IMG/VR virus record: IMGVR_UViG_2595698871_000001
Coordinates: 109,443 to 173,442 of that record
Length of the DNA stretch: 64,000 nt
Direction: 5' to 3' (one strand)
Source: a virus
Taxonomy: Duplodnaviria; Heunggongvirae; Uroviricota; Caudoviricetes
Position numbers and translations under genes: made by a program. Below the pieces are notes generated by a model that worked only from the letters and a program-made list of their open reading frames with translations, was not told where the DNA came from and did not search any database. Below, piece by piece: positions 32,392 through 40,830 of the stretch (position 1 is the first letter of the stretch; the number at the start of each line of letters is the position of its first letter).

Positions 32392-32727
32392 TTACTCCTC
32401 GTCTTGTTTCGGGGATTTGTGGAACGCTTTTGCGATGTCGCTCAGGAGCTTGATCGCGAACATGAGGACGGTCGGCATCCCGATCAGCAGGATCGCGAAG
32501 GCGGCGAACGTCGAGCCGAAGACGTGGGCCTCGGTCAGGGTCCAGGCGAAAGCCATGTAGACCAGGATGCCGGCCATGATCACGATCATCGGGTAGATCG
32601 CCAGCCGGTAGAAAAGGCCGGGGAGGCGCTTGTCCCGCAGCGCCGCGCTGGGACCGCCAAGGGCCGAGACCAGGAAGGCGACCATCAGGACGAAGTAGAG
32701 AGGGAAGAGAGGAAAGAAGAGCCTCAC
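32392..32727 (-). CDS. membrane protein (3 TM), possible partner of the SPFH protein
   Basis: GTG start overlapping the upstream stop (GTGA); hydrophobic segments LFFPLFPLYFVLMVAFLV, IYPMIVIMAGILVYMAFAW, AAFAILLIGMPTVLMFAI. Confidence 0.45.
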   Translation of the reverse strand: MRLFFPLFPLYFVLMVAFLVSALGGPSAALRDKRLPGLFYRLAIYPMIVIMAGILVYMAFAWTLTEAHVFGSTFAAFAILLIGMPTVLMFAIKLLSDIAKAFHKSPKQDEE

Positions 32728-33416
32728 GAGGTGGGACCTTTCAGAATGGCGTCGATCCGCGCGAGGAGGTCCCCGCAATCGACGCCGCCAGCTTTGAAAG
32801 CCAAGGAGACCTCCGACAGCAGGTCGGTCTTCTTGACGGTCGCGATGGCGACCTGTTCCTCGATCGCCTCGACGATCGCGGTGACGAGCACCTCCTGGCG
32901 AACCCGCCAGCAGCCGTCGGCGCCCGAGTAGAACCACGTGCCGATGATGTTGTCGGAGCGGCTGTTGTCGGCGATCTTGCGCGCGGCGTGGTAGGGACCT
33001 TCGTCGCGGCCGATGTGCGCGCCCGCCGACAGGATGTCGATGATGTCCCGGCGGATGCCGTGCCACATGTCAGGCAGGATGCCCGAGGCCCTGTAGGCGT
33101 CGGCGTTGTCCAGGACGATCAGGAGGCGGCGCACGCGCTCGTCGGTGATCGGGCGGCTTTCGGTGATGCGCCGCTCGGCCCACTCCACCCGCGTCAGAGG
33201 AACCACCGCGCTCGGCGCGCCGGCCCGCAGAAGGCGCTTGGCGACGTCGTTCTCGTAGGACTCGTACTCGCGGCAGCGACCCTCCAGGCGGCGGATCGTC
33301 GCCCGCAGATCGACGGCTTCCTTGGCGTAGTCGTCCAGGGCCTCGTTAGCCTCGGCGAGCTTGCGCTCCAGGTCGGCGATCTTCAGCGCGCCATCGGCGT
33401 CCTCAAGAGGGTGCAT
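32724..33416 (-). CDS. hypothetical protein (230 aa)
   Basis: Start at the internal Met (MHPLEDADG) with a TGATG overlap; upstream ORF portion is shadow. Confidence 0.5.
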   Translation of the reverse strand: MHPLEDADGALKIADLERKLAEANEALDDYAKEAVDLRATIRRLEGRCREYESYENDVAKRLLRAGAPSAVVPLTRVEWAERRITESRPITDERVRRLLIVLDNADAYRASGILPDMWHGIRRDIIDILSAGAHIGRDEGPYHAARKIADNSRSDNIIGTWFYSGADGCWRVRQEVLVTAIVEAIEEQVAIATVKKTDLLSEVSLAFKAGGVDCGDLLARIDAILKGPTS

Positions 33417-33700
33417 CAGCCCGCGAGCCCCCGCTGCTTCAAGGCGACGATCTGCTCGATCTCCTTGAGGATGTGCTCCGACAGGCGGTCGGTGCGCTCC
33501 TTGATGCCGGCCGGGACGCCGATCTTGCACTGGCCGATCTCATGCAGGCGGTCGGAGACGGCCTTCAGATCGATCAGGGTGTCGCGGATCAGCACGTCGG
33601 CGAGGCTCAGGGCCTCGGACTGGAGCGCGGCGATGCGCTGGGCGGTGGTGATCTCGGTGGTCGCCGGCACGACGGCGAGCTTGGTCTGGGAAGCGGTCAA
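33416..33700 (-). CDS. hypothetical protein (94 aa)
   Basis: TTG start 8 nt after an aaggag RBS; first gene after the promoter. Confidence 0.5.
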   Translation of the reverse strand: MTASQTKLAVVPATTEITTAQRIAALQSEALSLADVLIRDTLIDLKAVSDRLHEIGQCKIGVPAGIKERTDRLSEHILKEIEQIVALKQRGLAG

Positions 33701-33775
33701 ATCGGGTCTCCTTGTTGTCGTCGGGCGTGACTTCTAGCCGGCGTCCGTGGGGCTGTCAACACTTTCGCTCACGGG
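33701..33775 (-). promoter_or_regulatory. consensus promoter/leader element (its -35 lies inside the last codons of the upstream gene, and its -10 CTAGAAG contains that gene's TAG stop)
   Basis: Reverse complement reads aaGTGTTGACAGccccacggacgccggCTAGAAGtcacgccCGACGACAACaAGGAGacccgatTTG. Confidence 0.55.
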
Positions 33776-34291
33776 CGCGGCGCCATAGTGCGCGACCAGC
33801 ACCAGCCGCGCGCCGCAGGCCACGAGCGAGCCCTGGGCGTTGTAGATCAGGCGCCCGGCTTCCTGGCCGTTGGCGTCGAGGATGGCGGCGGCGTGGGCGT
33901 AGGTCGGCTTGCCGCCCTTGCCCTTCTGGATGCGGATCGGCGGGGCGTTGGTCTGGTGCTTGGTGTTGCGGTCGATGACCTGCCGGTTGACGTTGAGCAC
34001 GATCATGCCGCGCTCGATCTTCGGCAGCGGGGCGGGCTCCTCGGGCGGCAGCGGCATCCAGCCGATGACGTCGTCGATGGTGTAGGCGTCGCGCCCGGCC
34101 ATCTTCCAGCAGATGTACGGGTCGTCATCCTCGTCGATCTGCCAGTCGACCAGTTGTGCCGTGTACATGCGGCCGTGCTGGGTCTTCACCAGCACCCAGT
34201 CGGACGCCTTCGCACCCCAGGGGTCCTCTTGCTTGATCTCGGGCGGATCGGCGTGAGGATGGCGCCACAGGGGCCAGGACGGGTTGTTCAT
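33734..34291 (-). CDS. hypothetical protein (185 aa)
   Basis: Start at the internal Met (MNNPSWPLW) with a ggagga RBS. Confidence 0.5.
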   Translation of the reverse strand: MNNPSWPLWRHPHADPPEIKQEDPWGAKASDWVLVKTQHGRMYTAQLVDWQIDEDDDPYICWKMAGRDAYTIDDVIGWMPLPPEEPAPLPKIERGMIVLNVNRQVIDRNTKHQTNAPPIRIQKGKGGKPTYAHAAAILDANGQEAGRLIYNAQGSLVACGARLVLVAHYGAAPVSESVDSPTDAG

Positions 34292-34299
34292 GGGTCCTC

Positions 34300-35199
34300 C
34301 TACCAGCCGAACTTGGTGGCGCAGACCGGGCCGATGCCGGCGTCGATCGAGGCGTGATTGGTCAGTTCCCGGCCGCAGCACGAGCAGGAGCCGGTGCGCT
34401 GGCCATAGGCGATGGCGGCGGCGTGCGGATCGGCCGCCAGGGCGAGGATTTCGGCTTCCTGCTCGGCGGTGCAGTCGCGCACCTTGAGGAACTTGCCGTT
34501 CATCACCTTGCCCATGTACACGCCCTCGACGGTGCGCACGTAGATGGCGCCGGCGTTGGTGCTATCCATGGCGGCGGGCTTGAACTTGTAGCCGGCCAGC
34601 CGCAGGGTGATGTTCTTCAGGCCCGAGCCCTTGGCGTGGAAGAAGGCTTCTTCCAGCTTGGCGAGCGAGATGGCGGGCGCGGCGGCTTCGCGGGCGACCC
34701 GCTCGGCTTCGCGTTGGATCGCGCGCTTCTTGTCCTCGGCCGCCAGCCGCTGGACGGTGGCAAGCTGCTTCTCCGACAGGTGACCGTATTGCTCGACGGC
34801 CTGGAGCATCTTGTGGGCGAAGTCAAAGCGCGGGGCGGTCTTGACCATCCACGCCATCTCCTCGGCGTGCGTCAGCTTCCAAGCAGCGCGCTGGGCTTGG
34901 AGATCGGCCACGGCCTGGGCCTTCTTCTTGTCGGCGTTGGCGCGGCGGCGGGCGCGTTCCTCGGGCGAGGTCTTGCGCACGAACTTGCCCTTGCCCTTGC
35001 AGACGAAGCACTGGCGGCCGTACTGCGACATGCCGCGATACGTGCCCGTGCCCCGGCACTTGGGGCAGAGTTCGATCCACTCGGCCGGCGGCGGGGTCTC
35101 GTCGACGAAATCGACGCCCGCTTCCATGGGCTCACCCGGCTGGGTTTCCCGGACCACCGGCTCGGTGATCAGTTCATCCATGTCAGCGAAAAGGTCCAC
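34300..35199 (-). CDS. hypothetical protein with a zinc ribbon (CPKCRG...CFVCKG) and a second C-terminal Cys cluster
   Basis: GTG start with ggaga RBS; CPKCRGTGTY...QCFVCKGKG; C-terminal SCSCCGRE...CATK. Confidence 0.5.
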   Translation of the reverse strand: MDLFADMDELITEPVVRETQPGEPMEAGVDFVDETPPPAEWIELCPKCRGTGTYRGMSQYGRQCFVCKGKGKFVRKTSPEERARRRANADKKKAQAVADLQAQRAAWKLTHAEEMAWMVKTAPRFDFAHKMLQAVEQYGHLSEKQLATVQRLAAEDKKRAIQREAERVAREAAAPAISLAKLEEAFFHAKGSGLKNITLRLAGYKFKPAAMDSTNAGAIYVRTVEGVYMGKVMNGKFLKVRDCTAEQEAEILALAADPHAAAIAYGQRTGSCSCCGRELTNHASIDAGIGPVCATKFGW

Positions 35200-35280
35200 G
35201 GCGGGTCTCCATCAGCAGGTGATGGAGCCCTTCTAGGCCCTCTCGACCTAGCCTGTCAACACTCTCGCGCCAACAAAATG
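35200..35280 (-). promoter_or_regulatory. consensus promoter/leader element
   Basis: Reverse complement reads ttGTTGGCGCGAGAGTGTTGACAGGctaggtcgagagggcCTAGAAGGGCtccatcacctgctgatGGAGAcccgcGTG. Confidence 0.55.
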
Positions 35281-35284
35281 TCGG

Positions 35285-35452
35285 CTAGTCCTCGCCGGCC
35301 GCCGGCGGATCGTCTGGTCCCTCGTCCGGTCCAGCCTCTTCCCAGGCTCTGGCCCATTCGGGGCTCCGCAGCAGCGGCAGGTTACGCCAACCTGGACCGT
35401 AGCGATCATCCATGATCTTCGTCGCGCGGCTGGTTTGAGTGCCTTCACGCAT
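35285..35452 (-). CDS. small hypothetical protein (55 aa), tentative
   Basis: ATG overlapping the upstream stop (ATGCGTGA); lower GC3 than the neighbours; its 3' end runs into the promoter element. Confidence 0.3.
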   Translation of the reverse strand: MREGTQTSRATKIMDDRYGPGWRNLPLLRSPEWARAWEEAGPDEGPDDPPAAGED

Positions 35453-35678
35453 CAGCCTGCACCTTCTCGGCGGGCGGGACGACGATGGTTAGATCGTCGA
35501 TGTCCCATCGCCCGAACAAAGGACGCCCGGCGTCACGAATAAGCTGACAGGCGACGGTCTTGGCGATCCTCACGCGAATGGGCGCACGATCCTCTGCGTA
35601 GTTAGGGTCAAGGCAGGCATAGACGATCCTCGCGTACCGAATGTCGGGGCCAGTGACTTCGTTGCTGAAGGTCGTCAT
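35445..35678 (-). CDS. hypothetical protein (77 aa)
   Basis: Start at the internal Met (MTTFSNEV) with a TGATG overlap. Confidence 0.45.
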   Translation of the reverse strand: MTTFSNEVTGPDIRYARIVYACLDPNYAEDRAPIRVRIAKTVACQLIRDAGRPLFGRWDIDDLTIVVPPAEKVQADA

Positions 35679-35992
35679 CAGCTTTGCTCGGCCTCTTCCA
35701 GGATCAGGGTGTACATGTCGCGCGGATCGCCGCACGGGATGATGTCGACGATCACGCAGGTCCGGATGCGCTCGCTCTGGGTCAGGTAGATGACGAAGTC
35801 GCCCAGGCGCGGCCCCTGGCAGTGGACCATCACGCTGATGCGCTCGATCACCAGGGGCTTGCGGAACCAGCCCCGCTTGACCAAGCGCGGCTTGGCGACG
35901 CTGAACGTGCTGGAGTGCATGGCGTGACCCCAGCCCTGTTTGCCGGGGCGGAAGTCGAAGGTCCGGGGACCGTTATTAAGGCGCAGGAGCAT
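35678..35992 (-). CDS. hypothetical protein (104 aa)
   Basis: ORF with a gcaggag RBS. Confidence 0.5.
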   Translation of the reverse strand: MLLRLNNGPRTFDFRPGKQGWGHAMHSSTFSVAKPRLVKRGWFRKPLVIERISVMVHCQGPRLGDFVIYLTQSERIRTCVIVDIIPCGDPRDMYTLILEEAEQS

Positions 35993-36206
35993 GGCGACCC
36001 TTTTCGGCTAGGACGCGGCGCTCCAGGCGGCCGTGCCCGATGAAGGCGATAATGTCTTTGCCCCGGACGCGCTTGGGCATGTAGCCGCCAAAACGCCGCT
36101 GGAGCGGGATGCGCCGGTACTTGGGATCGAACAGCCCGACCCAGCGGCGCGCCCTGGGGTTCTCGCGCGGCAGGATCACCGACAGGACATAGGGTGAGAA
36201 GTTCAT
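35976..36206 (-). CDS. hypothetical protein (76 aa, basic)
   Basis: ATGA overlap with the upstream gene; 17-nt overlap with the downstream gene. Confidence 0.45.
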   Translation of the reverse strand: MNFSPYVLSVILPRENPRARRWVGLFDPKYRRIPLQRRFGGYMPKRVRGKDIIAFIGHGRLERRVLAEKGRHAPAP

Positions 36207-36445
36207 GTCGTGATCGTCGAGAGGACGTAGGTCGCCTCGGCCCGGCCGTAGTCGTCGGGGCCGATCAGCATCAGTTGCGACGGCTGGTCGAGGTCGACGT
36301 CACGCCAGACCACCTTGCCCTTGCGGCCGGTGACCGACGGATCGTGCGGCAGGTCAGCGATCAGCCGCAGGGCGGCGGTGGCGATCTGGTGGGCCTCATA
36401 GGAGCCCGGTTCGATGTGGTCGGCGAGGGTGAGCTTGACGAGCAT
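36203..36445 (-). CDS. hypothetical protein (80 aa)
   Basis: aggag RBS. Confidence 0.5.
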   Translation of the reverse strand: MLVKLTLADHIEPGSYEAHQIATAALRLIADLPHDPSVTGRKGKVVWRDVDLDQPSQLMLIGPDDYGRAEATYVLSTITT

Positions 36446-36457
36446 CTTGGCTCCTTT

Positions 36458-36985
36458 CTATCCGTGAAGAGAGGTCTTCAGGTGGGCGCGGCCCTGGTGG
36501 TACATCCGCATCGCGCGCTTCTCGGTCTTGCAGGGACCAAACCAGAGCAGGTCCCCCGGCCGCCGGGCGGCGATCCCATACTGCCGCATGGGCTCTTCCA
36601 CGTAGTCGACGCCAGCCAAGATGCTGATCACCTCGTAGGGGCTTTCGCCCGCTTCGATCTGCGCGTCGTCCACGCCGACGTAAAACGAGACGTCCTTGCC
36701 GAACATCCCGCCGGTGACCCTGGCATGTCGCCAGGACGTCCAGAACCACCCGCGCCGCAACTCCAGGCCGCAAACGATACCCAGGTCGGCTTCCTGCGGC
36801 TCACCGTCGGGCCAGGACCCAAGCACCGACGCCTGGAAAGCCGAGTCAGGATGGGACTCCGCCTTGACGAGGCCGGTGGCGATCCGCTTGGCGTCGTCCT
36901 CGTCGACCGCCGTGACCTCGATCTCGGTGACGAGGGCCTGGGTGACCTTGATCAGGAAGGTCTCAGCCACGCAGGCGCGCCTCAT
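36458..36985 (-). CDS. hypothetical protein (175 aa)
   Basis: ORF with good codon usage. Confidence 0.5.
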   Translation of the reverse strand: MRRACVAETFLIKVTQALVTEIEVTAVDEDDAKRIATGLVKAESHPDSAFQASVLGSWPDGEPQEADLGIVCGLELRRGWFWTSWRHARVTGGMFGKDVSFYVGVDDAQIEAGESPYEVISILAGVDYVEEPMRQYGIAARRPGDLLWFGPCKTEKRAMRMYHQGRAHLKTSLHG

Positions 36986-37649
36986 GGAACGCGTTCGCGC
37001 CCACCGCCGCCGCCAGTTCCGACTTGATCTGGTCGACGTCGGCCTTCAATTCCTTGAAGTAGGGCGTGTCGGCGAGCAGGTCCTGCATCTTCCACAGGCC
37101 CGCATAGGCCCGCTGGACGTAGCCGGTCAGATCATCCTCGACCACGCGCACGATGTCGTGGAACTTGACCGGGACGTAGGCGTCGACGTCGCAGAGGTAA
37201 GCGACATCGTGGGCTTCGATAATCCGCACGCCGCCCGAGGCGAGGTTCTTGACGACCTGGGGGACGTGCTCGCAGTGGCTGACCGTGCGGATCGAGCCGC
37301 GCGGGGCCTTGGGCGGATTGTGCGTCACCAGGACGACCTTGTCGCCCGGCTGGAACTCCCAGCGGACCTCGGGATCGTTCAGGTGGTCGTCGATCATCTT
37401 GCGGATCGTCGCCAGCGAGCGATGGCTGTAGCAGTCGCCGTGGAGGCAGTAGTGGATGATCTTCCACTCCTTGTCGGTGGGCGAGGGGATTTCCTTGCCC
37501 TCGCCGTCGCGGCCATGGAAGTAGGCCGCCGACTCCAGACGATGGATGGCCTCGATGTCGCGGTCGTCGTCGGTCTCGATCGTGTCGAGCAGGTTGATCA
37601 CCTTCATCAGGCTGTAGGTGATCGGACGAGTGTAGGGGCGCTTGATCAC
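36963..37649 (-). CDS. hypothetical protein (228 aa; His/Cys-rich, possible metal-dependent enzyme)
   Basis: GTG start overlapping the upstream TGA (GTGA) with a ggagaag RBS; the N-terminal 170 aa of the ORF-track entry is off-frame shadow; IHYCLHGDCYSHRS, VLVTHNPP. Confidence 0.5.
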   Translation of the reverse strand: MIKRPYTRPITYSLMKVINLLDTIETDDDRDIEAIHRLESAAYFHGRDGEGKEIPSPTDKEWKIIHYCLHGDCYSHRSLATIRKMIDDHLNDPEVRWEFQPGDKVVLVTHNPPKAPRGSIRTVSHCEHVPQVVKNLASGGVRIIEAHDVAYLCDVDAYVPVKFHDIVRVVEDDLTGYVQRAYAGLWKMQDLLADTPYFKELKADVDQIKSELAAAVGANAFHEARLRG

Positions 37650-38542
37650 AGGTGCTTCTCCAGGCCCAGGTCGTCGATCACCGCCTGGGCGATGGCTTCG
37701 AGGTTGAAGTGGCCGTCGAGGATCGCATCGCGCATGTCGTCGGCGTCGACCCAGTTGGAGGCGCCCTGGTAGGCGGTGCTCTCGGCGGCCTCGATCGCGC
37801 GCTTGAGGGCGTCGGCCAGGATCACCGCCGGGGTGCGCTTGACCTTGGCCTTCTTGACCTTCCAGTGGAGGTCCTGGATGCGCACGACGCGGCGCGCGCC
37901 GTCGTCGATGTCCTTGAAGGCGCCGGCCTCGACCAGCCGCGCGACGGTGGCGTCGGTGAAGTGGGCGTTGGCCTCGTTCACCGGGAACGTGGTCCAGCAG
38001 TCGGTGCCCAGTTGGGTCAGGGTGCCCGACGACGTGGCGCGCGCGGCGTGGATGGCGTGGTATTCGTCGGCGAGCATGAACTGCTCGTAGCCGGGGCCGC
38101 TCAGGGTGCCAACGTCGTTGAGCACCGCGACATAGCAGTTCTCGCCGTTCCAGGACTGCGACGAGTAGCACTTCTGGAGCGTGTAGGTCTTGCCGACCGT
38201 GAAGCTCTCGCTGCCGCCCACATAGACGGCCTGGGCGTTCTGGGGGAACGGCCAGCGATAGTGCTCATTGTCGGGATCGAAGGCTTCCAGGGCCTTGGTG
38301 ATGTCCTCGCGCTTGACCTCGTCGGCCGTGAAGCGCTTGTACTTGCCCTCGGCGTCGCGGCCGTGGAACAGGTCCTGAATCGCGCGCACGATGTCGTACT
38401 CGAACGGCCAGATCGAGCCGCCCCGGTAGTCACTGACCAGCTTGTCGAACATCGCCACCGAGCCGCCGGCCGCTTCGAGCGCCAGCAGGTCACGGATGAT
38501 GTCGGCCGGCTCGCGGGCGTAGGCGTAGGGTTGACGGACCAT
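37646..38542 (-). CDS. hypothetical protein (298 aa)
   Basis: ORF with good codon usage; TGATG overlap upstream. Confidence 0.5.
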   Translation of the reverse strand: MVRQPYAYAREPADIIRDLLALEAAGGSVAMFDKLVSDYRGGSIWPFEYDIVRAIQDLFHGRDAEGKYKRFTADEVKREDITKALEAFDPDNEHYRWPFPQNAQAVYVGGSESFTVGKTYTLQKCYSSQSWNGENCYVAVLNDVGTLSGPGYEQFMLADEYHAIHAARATSSGTLTQLGTDCWTTFPVNEANAHFTDATVARLVEAGAFKDIDDGARRVVRIQDLHWKVKKAKVKRTPAVILADALKRAIEAAESTAYQGASNWVDADDMRDAILDGHFNLEAIAQAVIDDLGLEKHL

Positions 38543-38907
38543 CAGGCCGACACCTTCGCCAGTTGCTTTTCCAGTTCGGCGCGCAGTTCGGCGTCGGTCA
38601 GACCCAGGCGCTCTTTCATGAACGCCACGGCGTCGGCCGGGTTGTCGAAGGAGCGGGTGTCCGCATCGGTGCTGTCGCGCAGGCCACGCACCTCGGTCAC
38701 GCCCCAGAAGGTCGCCCAGGCGCTCGCGACGACGGCCGCCAGCGCTACGAAGAACGCGCCGCCAAACTGGTGAGCGTCAGCGCGCTCGATCAGTTCGGCG
38801 CCGGCGAAGGACACGGCGATGAGTGACACCGAGGCCAGATGCAGCATGGCGCTCTTGCGCGTGTAGGTCGGGGTCACCTTGAGGGTGAACTTGTCGCTGG
38901 TCTCCAA
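38542..38907 (-). CDS. membrane protein (2 TM), hypothetical
   Basis: TTG start with agaggag RBS; MLHLASVSLIAVSFAGA and FFVALAAVVASAWATFWGV. Confidence 0.5.
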   Translation of the reverse strand: METSDKFTLKVTPTYTRKSAMLHLASVSLIAVSFAGAELIERADAHQFGGAFFVALAAVVASAWATFWGVTEVRGLRDSTDADTRSFDNPADAVAFMKERLGLTDAELRAELEKQLAKVSA

Positions 38908-38990
38908 GAGAGGTCTCCTCTGTCGTTGTCGTCGAGGGGCTTATAGGCGGAGGTCAGTGACCTGTCAACACTCTCACGCCAACTTTACGC
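38908..38990 (-). promoter_or_regulatory. full-consensus promoter/leader element
   Basis: Reverse complement reads aaaGTTGGCGTGAGAGTGTTGACAGGtcactgacctccgccTATAAGcccCTCGACGACAACGACAGAGGAGacctctcTTG. Confidence 0.6.
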
Positions 38991-40386
38991 CGACCGAGGC
39001 TGCGACCTTGGTGAGGGACTCGCGCTGGGCCTTGATGCGTTTGTCGAAGGCGTCGAGCGTCGACATCATCTCGGCCTCCAGCTTGTCCAGCGCCGCCCAC
39101 TGCTCGACGACCGCCTTGGCGGCCTTGTCCTGGGCCTCGTTGCGTTCTGGGCCGTAGACCCGCTCGCGCAGTTCGGCGATCCAGGCGCGCGGCAGGCCCA
39201 GTTCCTTGGAGACCTTCTCGTCGGTCATGTCGCCGCCATAGCACTGGCGGTTGGTATCGTAGTGGGTGTCCAGGGCTTCGAGGATACGGCGGTTCTCGGC
39301 CGGCGTCGCCGCGCGCGGCGGCTCGGCGGACTGGGGCAGGGTCTTGGCGGCGGCTGGGGGCATGGCGATCTCCGGAATAGGGGTTTCGATATGGGTTTCG
39401 ATGGTGGTCGGATTGTTCTTCTTGGCCAGCCGCGTCTTGGCGGCGGCCTTCTGGCGCTCGGAGCGTTCTTCCTGGGTCATGGCGGCCCAGTAGGCGCGCG
39501 GGCCGCGCCCCTTCTTTTCACGCTGCTCGGCGATCTTGGCTTCCCGCTTGGCCTTGCGCGTGGCGTGGCCCTTCTTGGCGAGTTCCGACCGTTGCTCGGG
39601 CGTCAGGGATTCGTGGTGGGCGCGCAGATGCGCCCCATCGAAGAGCTTGCGCCGATCGACCTTGGCGTCGACGCCTTGTTCCTTGCTCACGATGGCGTAG
39701 GCCTCCTCGAAAATGGGATTGAGGAACTTGTCGGACGCGTAGTGGACGATCTCCTCGGGCAGCACGTCATCCTGGGTGCTCAGTTCCTGGATCACCCGGC
39801 GGATCGACGCCAGGAGAGGAGCCGTGGGCGCTTCAAGTCCACACTCGCGGAAGAACTTGCCGGCGTAATTCGTGAGGACGACCTTGATCCGCTGCTCGCG
39901 CGGGTAGCCGCCCGTCGTCTTGCGGATGGCGCCCCGGACGATCCTGTCGGCCGTGTCGGGATCGATCTCCGCCACGGTGGCCAGCATCTTGCCCACGGCC
40001 TCGTCTTCGAGGACGAAGTCACCCGCCTCGCGCGGGTCGATCATCTCGATCGGCTTGATCGCGTTGGACACGACCTGGATCGCCGTGTCGATGGCGATGT
40101 CGTCGCGGTCGGCGACCGGGGCGGAGTCCTGCTTGGCGCGGCCGTGGCAGGACGGGCAGGTGTCCTTGTTGCGGTTGGCGCCGACGGCCCAGCCCCGCTT
40201 ACGGAATATCTTCGAGGCCAGTTCCGCCGGGATGTGCGGGCTGCGCGTCGTCACCGGGACGGCGTCATCGCGGTCGCACTTGCGGCAGACGGCCACGACG
40301 TGGTTCTGGCGCTTGTTGGGGTCGGTGGCCAGGGGACGCATCTCGACCCGGAACGACTCGCGCGTGGCAAGTTTGGTCGTGCTCAT
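38974..40386 (-). CDS. hypothetical protein with an N-terminal Cys4 treble-clef (CRKC...CPSCHG) and a long K/R/E-rich region; possible nucleic-acid-binding regulator
   Basis: C-x2-C-x34-C-x2-C; central ARKAKREAKIAEQREKKGRGPRAYWAAMTQEERSERQKAAAKTRLAKK; start at M15. Confidence 0.5.
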   Translation of the reverse strand: MSTTKLATRESFRVEMRPLATDPNKRQNHVVAVCRKCDRDDAVPVTTRSPHIPAELASKIFRKRGWAVGANRNKDTCPSCHGRAKQDSAPVADRDDIAIDTAIQVVSNAIKPIEMIDPREAGDFVLEDEAVGKMLATVAEIDPDTADRIVRGAIRKTTGGYPREQRIKVVLTNYAGKFFRECGLEAPTAPLLASIRRVIQELSTQDDVLPEEIVHYASDKFLNPIFEEAYAIVSKEQGVDAKVDRRKLFDGAHLRAHHESLTPEQRSELAKKGHATRKAKREAKIAEQREKKGRGPRAYWAAMTQEERSERQKAAAKTRLAKKNNPTTIETHIETPIPEIAMPPAAAKTLPQSAEPPRAATPAENRRILEALDTHYDTNRQCYGGDMTDEKVSKELGLPRAWIAELRERVYGPERNEAQDKAAKAVVEQWAALDKLEAEMMSTLDAFDKRIKAQRESLTKVAASVGVKLA

Positions 40387-40715
40387 TTCTTGCCCCTCGG
40401 ACGATTGTTCTCGAACCACGCGTGCCACTCAGCCTTGGTCATCCAGGGCTGGGTGCGGTGGGCGTTGTAGAGGGCAAGGCCCTCCTCGGTGACGGTGTAG
40501 AACTTCGAGCCGCGCTCCATGTGTGGCATGCGCTGCTCGGACTTGGCGAGACCACGCTTTTCGAGCTTGGCCAGGGTCGCCGAATGGTGCGAGCCGTTCG
40601 AGCCGCCGACATCCATGGTGCGGTGTCGGCGGATCGGCTCATCGCGGAAGGATGGGATCAGGCACCCCAGGACCTCCCAGTCGCGGTCGGTCAGTGGGGA
40701 CAGGCGTCGGGTCAT
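40383..40715 (-). CDS. winged-helix DNA-binding protein (MarR/PadR-like), tentative
   Basis: WEVLGCLIPSFRDEPIRRHRTMDVGGSNGSHHSATLAKLEKRGLAKS...FYTVTEEGLALY fits an HTH-plus-wing layout; start at the internal Met with a tggaga RBS. Confidence 0.45.
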   Translation of the reverse strand: MTRRLSPLTDRDWEVLGCLIPSFRDEPIRRHRTMDVGGSNGSHHSATLAKLEKRGLAKSEQRMPHMERGSKFYTVTEEGLALYNAHRTQPWMTKAEWHAWFENNRPRGKK

Positions 40716-40795
40716 CGCGGTCTCCAGATTGTCGTCGTCTCGACATCTAAGAGGCTTTTCCGAGCCTGTCAACACAATCACGCCAGCGATTGGGG
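40716..40795 (-). promoter_or_regulatory. consensus promoter/leader element
   Basis: Reverse complement reads ccaatcGCTGGCGTGATTGTGTTGACAGGctcggaaaagcctCTTAGATgtCGAGACGACGACAAtcTGGAGAccgcgATG. Confidence 0.5.
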
Positions 40796-40830
40796 ATTGA
40801 CCAGAGCGATGAGCACAAGTCCCGAGAGGT

